Source: Candidatus Multivoradales bacterium
GTDB lineage: Bacteria > Acidobacteriota > Thermoanaerobaculia > Multivoradales > JAHEKO01
Length of the DNA stretch: 64,000 nt
Reading direction: 5' to 3'
NCBI GenBank assembly: GCA_965223855.1
Contig: CBDCXM010000008.1
Location: 416,001-480,000 of the forward strand
Each line of letters begins with the position of its first letter. Positions within the stretch are counted from its first letter, which is position 1. The notes under the pieces were generated by a model that was given only the letters and a program-made list of their open reading frames with translations, searched no databases and had not been told where the DNA came from. This document shows positions 54,939 to 64,000 of this stretch, piece by piece. Made by a program: the position numbers and the translations under genes.

Positions 54939-57050
54939 TCAGTTCAGATAGCCGAGTGAGCGCAGCGTCTCGAGCTGCTCCTCCGTCGCTTCCGCCTCCA
55001 CCTCGCCTCTTGCCGCGGCGCTCTCCCAGTCGTGACCCAGGAGCTTCAGCAGCTCGGTCGTGAGCTCCGCAGTCGTCTCGGACCGCTCTTCGGCCACCTC
55101 CACTCCCTCGAACGGCGAGCGAGCTAGATCGAAGAGCGAGATCGTGAGCGAACCCGGTGCACTGCGACTCCGCCAGTCGCCCTCGACCACGAGCTTGAGG
55201 CCGTCGCGATAGAGGGCGGCCCGGGGCGATGGCAGCGTGCTCATCGCGCCGGGCTCGGGGTGAGGGTTCCACTCGCTCGAGATTCCCTCCGGGCTGCTCG
55301 CCAGCGCCAGTCGGTCGCCGTCGATCATCTCGAGCACCAGTGGGGCGATCGCCGTCTGATCGACAGCCTCCTCGATCCGGCGGCCATCCCCACTACCGGG
55401 CGGCTTGACGATCAGCGGGATGCGCACCGCAGCTTCGTACCCGCCGTGGTGGTCGTAGTAGAGCGGCAGTTCCTCGTTGTCGAAGAACGCCTCGCCGTGG
55501 TCGGAGGTCACGACGATCAGCGCGCGATCGAAGAGCCCTCGCTCCCGGAGAGCCTCGAAAAGGCGCCCGAGCTCCCGGTCGAGGTTGCCGACCTGCTCGT
55601 CGTAAGCCTCCCGATACCAATCCACCGTGCTCCGGTCGAAGTGCTCCGGCGCATCCAGGCCGACGAGCAGCCGCAGCAGGGCCGGCAGGAACGTGCGGCG
55701 GACCTCGTCCGGCGTCTCCGCCGCCGCCGGGTACGGCTTGTGGACGTCCATGAAGTTGAGGAACAGGTAGTGAGGGCCGTCACCGGCATCGAGCTCGCGC
55801 AGGGCGAAGTCGACCACCTCGTCGCCCGTCGCCTGGCGGCGCAGGCCGGTCCACTGCACGAGGAGCTGCTCCTCCAGGGCCGGGCGCTCACTCGGTGACA
55901 GGGCGTACCAGAGTCGCATCGGACCGGTCTGAAGCATCCACGCCCGACCGGGATGGCGGTAGCTCCGGCACCCCCTCACGAGGCCCGACGAGGGCCCGAC
56001 GATGCCGTTGGCGACGACGCAGGAGGTCTCGTAGCCACGCTCGGCGAAGGTCTCGTGCAGGGTCGGCACCGAGCTGTCGAGGCGGGGACCGTAGCCGGCC
56101 GAAGCGGTCAGATCGACTCGGTGTGCGGACGGCCTCAGGCCGGTGAAAAGAGAAGCATGACCCGGCAGGGTCCAGCTGGCGTTGGCCACGACGTTCGTGT
56201 AGGCGTCACCGCGGGCGGCCAGCGCGGCGAGATTCGGCGTGCGGCTCGCGGCTCCCGTCCTCAGGTCGATCGCATCGGCGCGCAGGGTGTCGGCGACGAT
56301 GAAGACGACCGGCGGCCGCTCCGCGGTTGCGGTCCAGTGCGGAGCACCCGCACCTTCCGGTTCGGGAGCGAGTTCGAGAACGCTGTGGGGTCTCGGAGCG
56401 GCGAATCTCACCACCAGGACGAAGCCCACGGCCAGCAACGCCAGAGCGACTCGACGCGATCGAGGAGAGAGGCGGCTCGCCCCTGCTGCCAGCACGACAG
56501 CACCGAGGACACAGGCCAGCGAGAAGACCGTCGATCGGGGCTCGAGGCCCAGCGGGCGGGCGCGTAGCAGGTAGAACGCGAGGCAGGCAGCCAGAGCGGC
56601 CAGGATCGACAACAGCCTGGCCGACCTCGACCGGCAACGGCCTGCCGCCCCGAGGACCCCGGCCGCCGCCACGGCGAAGAGCGCCAGCGCGAGCGGTCTC
56701 GGCAACCACCCTTCGAGCAGCGGACGTGCCACCGGCCAGCCGTGCGCGAAGCCGAGCACCAGCGCCCAGACGGCGATCATCCAATCGACAGGCGTCGTAC
56801 GAGACAGCGACCGCGGCCCGACTCGCCCCGCCAACCCCGCCAGACCTGCGATCGCCAGACCGCCCAAGGCCGCACCTGCCGCGATCGCGAAGTGCAGGAG
56901 CGCCGTCGTCCACCAGACCCGCCAGGAAGCGAGGTCGCTCGTGGGTGCCATCATTCCGAGCTCGACCACGGTGAGTGCGAGCGCGGCGGCCGCCGTCCAG
57001 CCTGCGCCGGTAAGGCCCTTAGCCCTTTGGCGTCGTTCGAGAGGGGTCAT
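54939..57050 (-). CDS. Membrane-anchored sulfatase-like hydrolase/transferase
   Basis: N-terminal TM helices; ADTLRAD, SWTLPGHASLFTG, NFMDVH.PY, TSDHGE, LRSLGYL. Confidence 0.85.
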   Translation of the reverse strand: MTPLERRQRAKGLTGAGWTAAAALALTVVELGMMAPTSDLASWRVWWTTALLHFAIAAGAALGGLAIAGLAGLAGRVGPRSLSRTTPVDWMIAVWALVLGFAHGWPVARPLLEGWLPRPLALALFAVAAAGVLGAAGRCRSRSARLLSILAALAACLAFYLLRARPLGLEPRSTVFSLACVLGAVVLAAGASRLSPRSRRVALALLAVGFVLVVRFAAPRPHSVLELAPEPEGAGAPHWTATAERPPVVFIVADTLRADAIDLRTGAASRTPNLAALAARGDAYTNVVANASWTLPGHASLFTGLRPSAHRVDLTASAGYGPRLDSSVPTLHETFAERGYETSCVVANGIVGPSSGLVRGCRSYRHPGRAWMLQTGPMRLWYALSPSERPALEEQLLVQWTGLRRQATGDEVVDFALRELDAGDGPHYLFLNFMDVHKPYPAAAETPDEVRRTFLPALLRLLVGLDAPEHFDRSTVDWYREAYDEQVGNLDRELGRLFEALRERGLFDRALIVVTSDHGEAFFDNEELPLYYDHHGGYEAAVRIPLIVKPPGSGDGRRIEEAVDQTAIAPLVLEMIDGDRLALASSPEGISSEWNPHPEPGAMSTLPSPRAALYRDGLKLVVEGDWRSRSAPGSLTISLFDLARSPFEGVEVAEERSETTAELTTELLKLLGHDWESAAARGEVEAEATEEQLETLRSLGYLN

Positions 57051-57149
57051 TCCGAACCCGGCATCGCAGTGCCGCGACCGGACGCCGGCGAGCGGATCCG
57101 CCCGGTGGCGCCCACGCGCTGGGACCCGTCGCAGCGGCGCGGCCGCCCG

Positions 57150-58475
57150 TCAGAACTGATCGAGATAGCGCTCGTGCTCCCAGGCATGCACGTGCGCCAG
57201 GTAGTCGTGCCACTCCTGACGCTTCGCCAGCATGAAGTGCTCGTGGATGTGCTCTCCCAGCGCCTCCTGCAGAACCTTGTCCTTCGCCAGGAAGTCGAGC
57301 GCGGAGGAAAGATCCGCCGGCAGCTCGTCGATCCTGAGGCGCCGCTTCTCCCGATGACTCATCTTGAAGATGTTCTTGTTGACCGGCTCCCCGGGATCGA
57401 TCTCTTCGGCGATGCCGTCGAGGCCCGCCGCCAGCATCACCGTGAAGGCGAGGTACGGATTGCAGGCCGGGTCGGGCACCCGCACCTCGCAGCGGGTCGA
57501 CATCCCGCGTTTTGCCGGCACCCGCACCAGCGGTGAGCGGTTCTTCTCCGACCAGGCGATGTTGGTCGGCGCCTCGTAGCCGGGCACCAACCGCTTGTAG
57601 GAATTGACCAGCGGATTGGTGATCGCGACGAACGCCTTCGCGTGCTTGAGGATGCCTCCGATGTACTGGAGCGCCGTCGTCGAGAGCTGCCAGGGGGCGT
57701 CCTCGTCGTAGAAGGCGTTCTCGTCCCCCTCGAGCAGGCTCTGGTTGACGTGCATCCCCGAGCCGTTCACTCCGAAGATCGGCTTCGGCATGAAGGTCGC
57801 GTGGAGCCCGTGGTCCTGCGCCACCCGACGGACGACGAACTTGAACGTCGCCACGTTGTCGGCGCACTCGACCGCTTCGGCGTACTTGAAGTCGACCTCG
57901 TGCTGCCCCGGCGCGACTTCGTGGTGCGCCGCCTCGACTTCGAAGCCCATCGACTCGAGCATCACGACGATGTCGCGCCGGCAGTGCTCCCCCTTGTCGA
58001 CCGGGGTGAGGTCGAAGTAGCCGCCGACGTCGTGGGTCTCGACGATCGTCCGCCCCTCGGCGTCCTTCTGGAAGAGGAAGAACTCCGCCTCCGGACCGGC
58101 GACCATCGTGTAGCCGAGCTCCGCCGCCTTCGCCATCTGCCGCTTGAGGCACAGCCGCGGGCACCCCTCGAACTCGGAGCCGTCGGGCCGGTGGATGTCG
58201 CAGATCAGGCGCGCCACCCGGGTGCCGTCCGGGTTCGTCCACGGGTTGACGACGAAGGTGTGGTAGTCGGGCACCAGCAGCATGTCCGACTCCTCGATCC
58301 GCACGAAGCCGTCGATCGAAGAGCCGTCGAACATGATCTCGCCGTCGAGCGCCTTGCCGAACTGACTCGACGGCACCTCCACGTTCTTGAGCACCCCGGT
58401 GATGTCGGTGAACTGGAGGCGGAGAAATCGGACGTTCTCCTGGCGGGCTGTGTCGAGGATCTCCTGGCGGTTCAT
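57150..58475 (-). CDS. glnA: Glutamine synthetase type I
   Basis: FDGSSIDGF.RIEESDM, HHEVAPGQHE, ATFMPKP, NSYKRLVPGYEAP, DPACNPYLA. Confidence 0.96.
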   Translation of the reverse strand: MNRQEILDTARQENVRFLRLQFTDITGVLKNVEVPSSQFGKALDGEIMFDGSSIDGFVRIEESDMLLVPDYHTFVVNPWTNPDGTRVARLICDIHRPDGSEFEGCPRLCLKRQMAKAAELGYTMVAGPEAEFFLFQKDAEGRTIVETHDVGGYFDLTPVDKGEHCRRDIVVMLESMGFEVEAAHHEVAPGQHEVDFKYAEAVECADNVATFKFVVRRVAQDHGLHATFMPKPIFGVNGSGMHVNQSLLEGDENAFYDEDAPWQLSTTALQYIGGILKHAKAFVAITNPLVNSYKRLVPGYEAPTNIAWSEKNRSPLVRVPAKRGMSTRCEVRVPDPACNPYLAFTVMLAAGLDGIAEEIDPGEPVNKNIFKMSHREKRRLRIDELPADLSSALDFLAKDKVLQEALGEHIHEHFMLAKRQEWHDYLAHVHAWEHERYLDQF

Positions 58476-58522
58476 TCGAGTCTCCCTTCTCGCAACGTCG
58501 GTCCCCTCCAACCTACGCCAGT

Positions 58523-58538
58523 CGCTGGGGGATTGCCA
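58523..58538 (-). promoter_or_regulatory. Possible sigma-54 promoter for glnA
   Basis: Minus strand TGGCAATCCCCCAGCG (GG-N10-GC) about 50 nt upstream of the start; the -12 element is weak. Confidence 0.3.
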
Positions 58539-58631
58539 TCGAGAGACCGGCCTGCGGCCCCCCGCTCGGCGTCCGGAGCCCGCTTTCAACGCTGTCACCC
58601 TCGTGGTGGCCAGACTTACCTTGCACTGTCC

Positions 58632-60626
58632 TCACCGTACGACGTTCGACCAGCGTGACGCGTCGCCCGTCTCGAAGCCGTCGGCGAAGACGGGCTCGCC
58701 GCCCGTTCGGCACAGCAGCTCCCAGAGGAACTCCGTGAACTCGCTCTCAGGCGTCGCCTCGACTCCGACGTCGAGCGTGTCCCCGCCCACGGCCGGAAGC
58801 ACGAAGTCGGCCTCCGCCCAGGCGCGATCGGGATTGCCGAGGCTGTAGTCACTGCCGCCGAAGGGCACACCGTCGATCTCGAGATCGAAGCTCTGTCCGG
58901 GGATCGAGGCGTCGAAGCGGCGGCGCAGGCGAAGTTCCCCGTTGCAGCCGGCGGCGGTCATGGTGAAGGACGAAGATCCGCCGTCGCGGTAGCCGCCGGT
59001 GCCGGAGGCCGGTTGAGGGGGTTCGCCCTCGAAGAAGCCGTCGAGGAAGCGGAGATCCTCGCCCGGAACCGTCGCGTAGCCGTGATCGAGGCGAGACGCC
59101 GGGTCGCCGACATCGAGCCGGTCGACGACCTCGATCGGCGCCGTGCTCGCGAAGTAGTAGTAGGCGACGGTGCGGCTCCGCACGGCGAGATCCGACTCCG
59201 GCCCCCCCTCGAGGCCCGCACGAATCGATTCCGCCCACGGCACGGGGTCTGTCCAGAAGAAGCGGTAGGCGATGGTCTTGTCCTCGCCGCCGACCGGCTC
59301 CGACCTGAGGAGACCGTGCAGCGGCTGGGAGAAGAGCCCCTGGTCGAAGTAGAAGCCGGCGTTGAAGATGTCCTCGGTGCCGGTGCCGTAGATCGTCGGG
59401 TGCGCCGAGCCGTCGAGGTAGATCCGCTCGTCGCCCTCCAGGTACTCCCTCTCGAGGGTCGCGACGGAGCTCAAAGAAGCGGCAAGCCCGACCCAGCGAC
59501 CGGGGCGGTCCTCGGTCAGGAGCTCGACGTCGACTCCGGGCGTCGAGGGGTTGGCGACCTGGAGCTGAGCGCCGAAGAGCCCGCTTCCCGCCGGCGGTGG
59601 CGAGGCATCGAATCGCACGCGGGCCTCGACGGGCACACCCGTACCGCCCTCCCCGACGATGAGGCCGATGACCGCCGAGTCCTCGAACGGCATCGGGAAG
59701 TAGGATGCCCATTCGTTCGCGCCGTCGCTCTCGAGCCACAGGCCGTCGATCGGCGCCCCACCCCAGGCGGCGAAGAAGTCGGCGAGCGGCAGATCTACAG
59801 TGGTGCGACCGTCGAAGGTGAGGCGCAGCCTCACTCGCGAGAGGTCGACGGCGGGCAGTGCGAACCGCAGTTCTTCGAGGGTGCCCGGGCCCGCGCGGCT
59901 CCACAGCACCGCCGGCACCCCCGGCTGCAGGGTGGCGCTCGTCTTCACCACCGTCCCCCCCGGCGGCCACGGATCGCCGGGCGCCGCGAGGACCGACCTC
60001 AGGCCCGAGAGGTCCTCGGAACCGGTGAAGCTCGTCACGTCGGTCCCCGGCGCGACGGTCAGGAAGCCGAACTGGAACCAGATCCGCTGCGTCAGGTCGC
60101 CGGCGAAGGTGATCCGCAGCGACTCGGCGAACGGCATGGGGACGTAGCTGAAGTTGCCGCCGCTCGAGACCAGCCGGTCGCCGACGAGCGGCGCGGTGAA
60201 GGGGTCGGCGGAGCCGTCGAAGAGGCTGGGCAACGGCAGATCGATCCGCGGCGTCACCTCGCCGTCGAAGTAGAAGCGGACCCGGGTCGCCGGGTCGAGC
60301 GGCACGCTGACCGCATTCTGCCCGGCCGTCATCCAGATCCGGACGACCGCCCCCGGGCCGCGCTCCTCGAAGACCACCCCCTCCCCGTCGACGATCCGCA
60401 GGAATCGCGGATCGGAGGCGGAATGCCGGTCGAAGCGGCAGCCGTCGAGGCAGTGACTCGAACGCAATGCGAACTGCTCGCCGGGGCGGGAGACGGCCAT
60501 CGAGCGCAGGTCCTTCCACACCTCCCACGGGAGCGTCTGCGCGGTCGCCGGCAGCGCCGCCGCGAGCAGAAACAGGGCCGCGCCGATCTGCCGGAGTCCG
60601 GCGCTCGAAAGGGTTGTCACCACCAC
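58632..60626 (-). CDS. DUF2961 (GH172-like) exported protein with C-terminal VFADGFETGD tail
   Basis: GPGAVVRIW, FYFDGE, SYVPMPF, LEGDE, GTGTEDIFNAGFYF, terminal PVFADGFETGDASRW. Confidence 0.82.
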   Translation of the reverse strand: MVVTTLSSAGLRQIGAALFLLAAALPATAQTLPWEVWKDLRSMAVSRPGEQFALRSSHCLDGCRFDRHSASDPRFLRIVDGEGVVFEERGPGAVVRIWMTAGQNAVSVPLDPATRVRFYFDGEVTPRIDLPLPSLFDGSADPFTAPLVGDRLVSSGGNFSYVPMPFAESLRITFAGDLTQRIWFQFGFLTVAPGTDVTSFTGSEDLSGLRSVLAAPGDPWPPGGTVVKTSATLQPGVPAVLWSRAGPGTLEELRFALPAVDLSRVRLRLTFDGRTTVDLPLADFFAAWGGAPIDGLWLESDGANEWASYFPMPFEDSAVIGLIVGEGGTGVPVEARVRFDASPPPAGSGLFGAQLQVANPSTPGVDVELLTEDRPGRWVGLAASLSSVATLEREYLEGDERIYLDGSAHPTIYGTGTEDIFNAGFYFDQGLFSQPLHGLLRSEPVGGEDKTIAYRFFWTDPVPWAESIRAGLEGGPESDLAVRSRTVAYYYFASTAPIEVVDRLDVGDPASRLDHGYATVPGEDLRFLDGFFEGEPPQPASGTGGYRDGGSSSFTMTAAGCNGELRLRRRFDASIPGQSFDLEIDGVPFGGSDYSLGNPDRAWAEADFVLPAVGGDTLDVGVEATPESEFTEFLWELLCRTGGEPVFADGFETGDASRWSNVVR

Positions 60627-60684
60627 CGTTTTTCCGTAAAGTACCGCCTCTTGCGCCTTCGGAGCGCGTCAGGAGAAGTTCGCA

Positions 60685-60924
60685 ATGCCGAGACGATGCC
60701 AGATTACCGGTAAGAAGACCGCAAGCGCGCGGAATGTTTCGCACGCCCACAACGTCACTCCGCGTTGGCAGAAGCCCAATCTGCAGCGCAAGCGCATCTA
60801 CGTCCCCGAGCTGGGTCGTTTCGTGCGCCTCAAGGTTTCGACGCGGGCGCTGCGCACCCTCAACAAGAAGGGTCTGCTGCGCTACCTCAAGGACGAGGGG
60901 CTGACCCTCAAGGACGTCACCTGA
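60685..60924 (+). CDS. rpmB: 50S ribosomal protein L28
   Basis: RRCQITGK...NVSHAHN...PNLQ...VSTRALRT. Confidence 0.95.
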   Translation: MPRRCQITGKKTASARNVSHAHNVTPRWQKPNLQRKRIYVPELGRFVRLKVSTRALRTLNKKGLLRYLKDEGLTLKDVT

Positions 60925-60934
60925 GGCGGATGAC

Positions 60935-61174
60935 ATGAAGAAGGATCTCCATCCCGCCTACCATCCCGTCCTCTACGTCGACGGCGACTTCGAGTTCGTC
61001 TCGCGCTCGACCTCGACCAGCGACGAGGTGCGCAACATCGACGGCGTCGATCACTACGTGATCCGCCTCGAGATCTCGTCCGCCACCCACCCGTTCTACA
61101 CCGGCAAGCAGCGTTTCGTAGACACCGCCGGTCGCATCGACCGTTTCCGTCAGAAGTACGGATCCGGCAGCTAG
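60935..61174 (+). CDS. rpmE2: 50S ribosomal protein L31 type B (no zinc motif)
   Basis: MKKDLHP.YH...[26 protein letters not shown], no Cys. Confidence 0.93.
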   Translation: MKKDLHPAYHPVLYVDGDFEFVSRSTSTSDEVRNIDGVDHYVIRLEISSATHPFYTGKQRFVDTAGRIDRFRQKYGSGS

Positions 61175-61185
61175 AAGGAACCGCC

Positions 61186-61491
61186 ATGGCCAGTCAGTGC
61201 AAGATCGCCAAGAACCGCAAGCAGGAGCGCCTGATCGAGATGTACCGCGAGAAGCGCGCCGAGCTCAAAGAGATCTGGCTCGACCAGAGCCGCTCCCCCG
61301 AAGACCGCGAGCACGCCGTGCGTCAGCTCCGCAAGCTGCCGCGGGACTCGAGCGCCACCCGTCTGGTGCGCCGTTGCAACCTGACCGGCCGGCCGCGCGG
61401 CTACTACCGCAAGTTCGGCATCTCGCGCATCGCGCTGCGCGACCTGGCGCTCAAGGGTGAGCTGCCCGGCGTGACCAAGGCGAGCTGGTAG
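61186..61491 (+). CDS. rpsN: 30S ribosomal protein S14 (long, zinc-independent form)
   Basis: 101 aa; [25 protein letters not shown]...GELPGV.KASW. Confidence 0.95.
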   Translation: MASQCKIAKNRKQERLIEMYREKRAELKEIWLDQSRSPEDREHAVRQLRKLPRDSSATRLVRRCNLTGRPRGYYRKFGISRIALRDLALKGELPGVTKASW

Positions 61492-61514
61492 GCCGCGCGC
61501 ATCGACCTGGACTG

Positions 61515-61541
61515 AGGCCCGCCGCTACGGCGGGCCTTTTT
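61515..61541 (+). terminator. Terminator of rpmB-rpmE2-rpsN
   Basis: aggcccgccg-cta-cggcgggcct-tttt. Confidence 0.85.
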
Positions 61542-61797
61542 CGTGGCGACGGGCCGGTCGCCGCGTAGTGTCATCACTCCCGTCGTCTCCAACTGGGAGA
61601 AGTTGACATATCGAATCGAGGAAGGCGGGTGCGACGAGCTCGCCACGCCAGTGGCGCTCCCGGCCTCCGCTCGAGCTTTGGTCTGTGGACCCGCCCCCGA
61701 CGGCCGGCGCAGGCCGCAACCGAGCCGCCAGCCGCATCGCTGGCAGCAGCGGGGAACCGTCTCGAACTAGTGGGACCTCCCCGGAAGCAGCACCGGC

Positions 61798-62439
61798 CTA
61801 CTCGACCGTGATTCCCAGGAGCATTACAGGTATGTCAGCGATCACACCGAAGGCTCGCACCATGAAGTAACCACCGGCGATCTGCCCGTTGCCGCCAGCC
61901 GGGTTCGGGATCGGCGGCACCGATGGATGATTGCCCCAGTTTGTCACGTACGAGCCGATCGCCGACGGGTTCGGATCGACAGCGACCCACGCGGCCACAA
62001 TGTCTGGGCCCGTGCTGTATGCGACGAAAATGTTGCCAGGCCCCTCGAACCTCACTGGCGCGAAGGACACTGATGTGAACGTGCCGCCGTCGATGCTGGC
62101 GACGGTGGCCGCGATCGTCGCGCGATGAGTCGCCGGCCCATTGAAGAAATCCCCATCCGGATCTTCGTAGAGGAAGATCGTGTAGGGGTCGCCTACTTCG
62201 ACTGTTCCTGCCGTCCACATGATGTCCACCTGATCGAGTTCCAACGGGAACTCAGGCGGCGAGAATTCGTTCAGCGCAACGAACGCGGACGAACTGCCGA
62301 AGTTGTCGGGTCCAGGCGTTCCATCGTCGTAGATGAACTCCACCGGATCTCCGGGCGGAGCCGTCTGTGCCAGTGTCGTTGCGGCCAACAACAGGCCGTA
62401 GGCAGCAAGAGCCGAGACTCTTCTGAAGCTAGTCCACAT
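61798..62439 (-). CDS. Exported beta-rich hypothetical protein with C-terminal IPVMLLGITVE tail
   Basis: Signal peptide ending TLA-Q, IYDDG motif, FMVRA before a PVEL-like tail. Confidence 0.75.
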   Translation of the reverse strand: MWTSFRRVSALAAYGLLLAATTLAQTAPPGDPVEFIYDDGTPGPDNFGSSSAFVALNEFSPPEFPLELDQVDIMWTAGTVEVGDPYTIFLYEDPDGDFFNGPATHRATIAATVASIDGGTFTSVSFAPVRFEGPGNIFVAYSTGPDIVAAWVAVDPNPSAIGSYVTNWGNHPSVPPIPNPAGGNGQIAGGYFMVRAFGVIADIPVMLLGITVE

Positions 62440-62707
62440 GGAGCCGTACCTCGAATCGACTGAGGGTCACTCGGATGTTTGTGTTCGGAGCTTCTGCGGT
62501 GAAGGGTAGCAGCCGCGGCCCAGCCGGATTGTCGCCGTCGAAGTCGCCAAGATCTCCTTCAGGTGATGTTCTCGGTATAGATCCCGGTCGCCGGCCCGGA
62601 GTCGTCCGGGAGCACTTCGTACGCGCTCACCTCGTGCGGGGATACGACTCGTAGTCGGCCACTCGCATGGCATTCTTCCGGTTCCAATCGATCCTGGAGG
62701 AATCGCC

Positions 62708-64000
62708 ATGCTGAATCGACGCACGCTTCTCAAGGCCGGTGCAACGGGACTCGCGACGACCACCGTCTTGCCCTCGGCGACTTCGGCCTCGGACGCGATC
62801 GAAGCCGGACCGCCGCCGTTCCGCTACGAGGACTGGGGCATCGCGGACTTCCACGGTGCCATGGAACGAGGCGAGCTCAGCTCCGCCGAGCTTACGCGCG
62901 ACTACCTCCAACGGACGGATCGGGCTCGACGCCTGCGCGCCGTCCTCGAAGTCAACCCCGACGCCGAAGAAATAGCGACCCGCAGGGACGCCGAACGCAG
63001 AGAGGGCCGGGTGCGTGGCCCCCTCCACGGGATCCCGATCCTCCTCAAGGACAACATCGCCACCGCGGACAGGACTTCGACGACCGCCGGATCGCTCGCA
63101 CTCGAGGGATCGCGGCCGGCCCGCCACTCCGCCGTTGCCGCTCGCCTCGAGGCGGCCGGGGCCGTGCTCCTCGGCAAGGCGAACCTGAGCGAGTGGGCCA
63201 ACATCCGCTCGAGCCGCTCGTCGAGCGGATGGAGCGCGCGTGGGGGCCAGACCCGCAACCCCTACGCACTCGACCGCAGCCCGTGCGGCTCGAGCTCGGG
63301 CTCCGGAGCGGCCGTCGCCGCCAGTCTGTGCGCCGCAGCGATCGGAACAGAGACCAACGGCTCGATCGTCTGCCCGAGCTCGGCCAACGGCATCGTCGGG
63401 CTCAAGCCGACCGTCGGTCTCGTCGGCAGGAGCGGCATCATCCCGATCTCGCACAGCCAGGACACCGCCGGGCCGATGACCCGCACCGTCGCCGATGCCG
63501 CCCATCTGCTGGCAGCGCTGGTCGGCGTCGACGAGCGCGACCCGGCCACGGCGGGCGCGGCGCGCCACGATCCGGCAACGTATCTCGAGGCACTCGACCC
63601 CTCCGCGCTCGAAGGAGCCCGAGTCGGCGTCGCTCGCAACTTCTTCGGTTTCCACGAGAAGGTCGACGCGCTCATGGAGTCCGCTCTAGACGCCATGCGC
63701 GATGCCGGAGCGGTCGTGATCGACGAACTCGAGCTCGATCTGTCCGGTCTACGAGGCAAGAGTCTCGAGGTGCTGCTCTACGAGCTCAAGGCCGGTCTCG
63801 ACGCCTACCTGGCCGATCCCGACATGCGCGCTCCGGTCTCCTCACTCGAGGAGGTCATCGCCTTCAACGAGGCGAACCGGGCCCGAGAGATGCCGTTCTT
63901 CGAGCAGGAGCTGTTCCTCCAGGCACAGGAGAAGGGCGATCTGACCACGCCGGAGTACCTGGAGGCTCTCGAAACCTGCCGGCGAGTGACCCGTGAAGAG
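62708..64000 (+). CDS. Amidase signature family enzyme with Tat signal, 3' truncated
   Basis: GGAGG RBS; MLNRRTLLK; GPLHGIPILLKDNI, GKANLSEWAN, PCGSSSGS, GTETNGSIVCP. No stop before the window end, so absent from the ORF track. Confidence 0.92.
   Translation, partial: MLNRRTLLKAGATGLATTTVLPSATSASDAIEAGPPPFRYEDWGIADFHGAMERGELSSAELTRDYLQRTDRARRLRAVLEVNPDAEEIATRRDAERREGRVRGPLHGIPILLKDNIATADRTSTTAGSLALEGSRPARHSAVAARLEAAGAVLLGKANLSEWANIRSSRSSSGWSARGGQTRNPYALDRSPCGSSSGSGAAVAASLCAAAIGTETNGSIVCPSSANGIVGLKPTVGLVGRSGIIPISHSQDTAGPMTRTVADAAHLLAALVGVDERDPATAGAARHDPATYLEALDPSALEGARVGVARNFFGFHEKVDALMESALDAMRDAGAVVIDELELDLSGLRGKSLEVLLYELKAGLDAYLADPDMRAPVSSLEEVIAFNEANRAREMPFFEQELFLQAQEKGDLTTPEYLEALETCRRVTREE

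Noticed and set aside
60627-60684. Zur box upstream of rpmB
   Set aside because: No AT-rich palindrome resembling known Zur operators

Overview
High-GC bacterial chromosomal window. The gene style (VPS10/BNR glycosyl-hydrolase-like proteins, C-terminal IFxDGFE and PVELxxF tails, a TIGR02999-type ECF sigma) suggests an Acidobacteriota/Thermoanaerobaculia-like organism; this is inference only. Most of the window is housekeeping: a csp gene, a sigma-54 two-component system with a lipoprotein and two divergent OmpA lipoproteins, a complete pho/pst cluster (phoR, phoB, two pstB, pstA, pstC, pstS, phoU, phosphate porin, PafA-like phosphatase), tdk, pyrE, arcC, a selD fusion, mog, sdaA, ileS, leuS, glnA, rpmB-rpmE2-rpsN and an amidase. 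Most notable: (1) a divergent five-gene module at 24.8-31.5 kb, with a FadL-like outer-membrane barrel and an exported caspase-family protease facing an atypical sigma-like protein, a membrane anti-sigma-like protein and an ECF sigma, a candidate trans-envelope proteolytic signalling system; (2) an unannotated leaderless leader peptide with two Ile codons and a full attenuator architecture upstream of ileS; (3) two back-to-back sigma-54 promoters sharing a tandem enhancer; (4) two short C-terminal tags shared by exported proteins; (5) a lipoprotein gene split at a -1 slippery heptamer; (6) REP-like repeats and a structured inverted-repeat element. No rRNA, tRNA, CRISPR array or intact transposase was seen.
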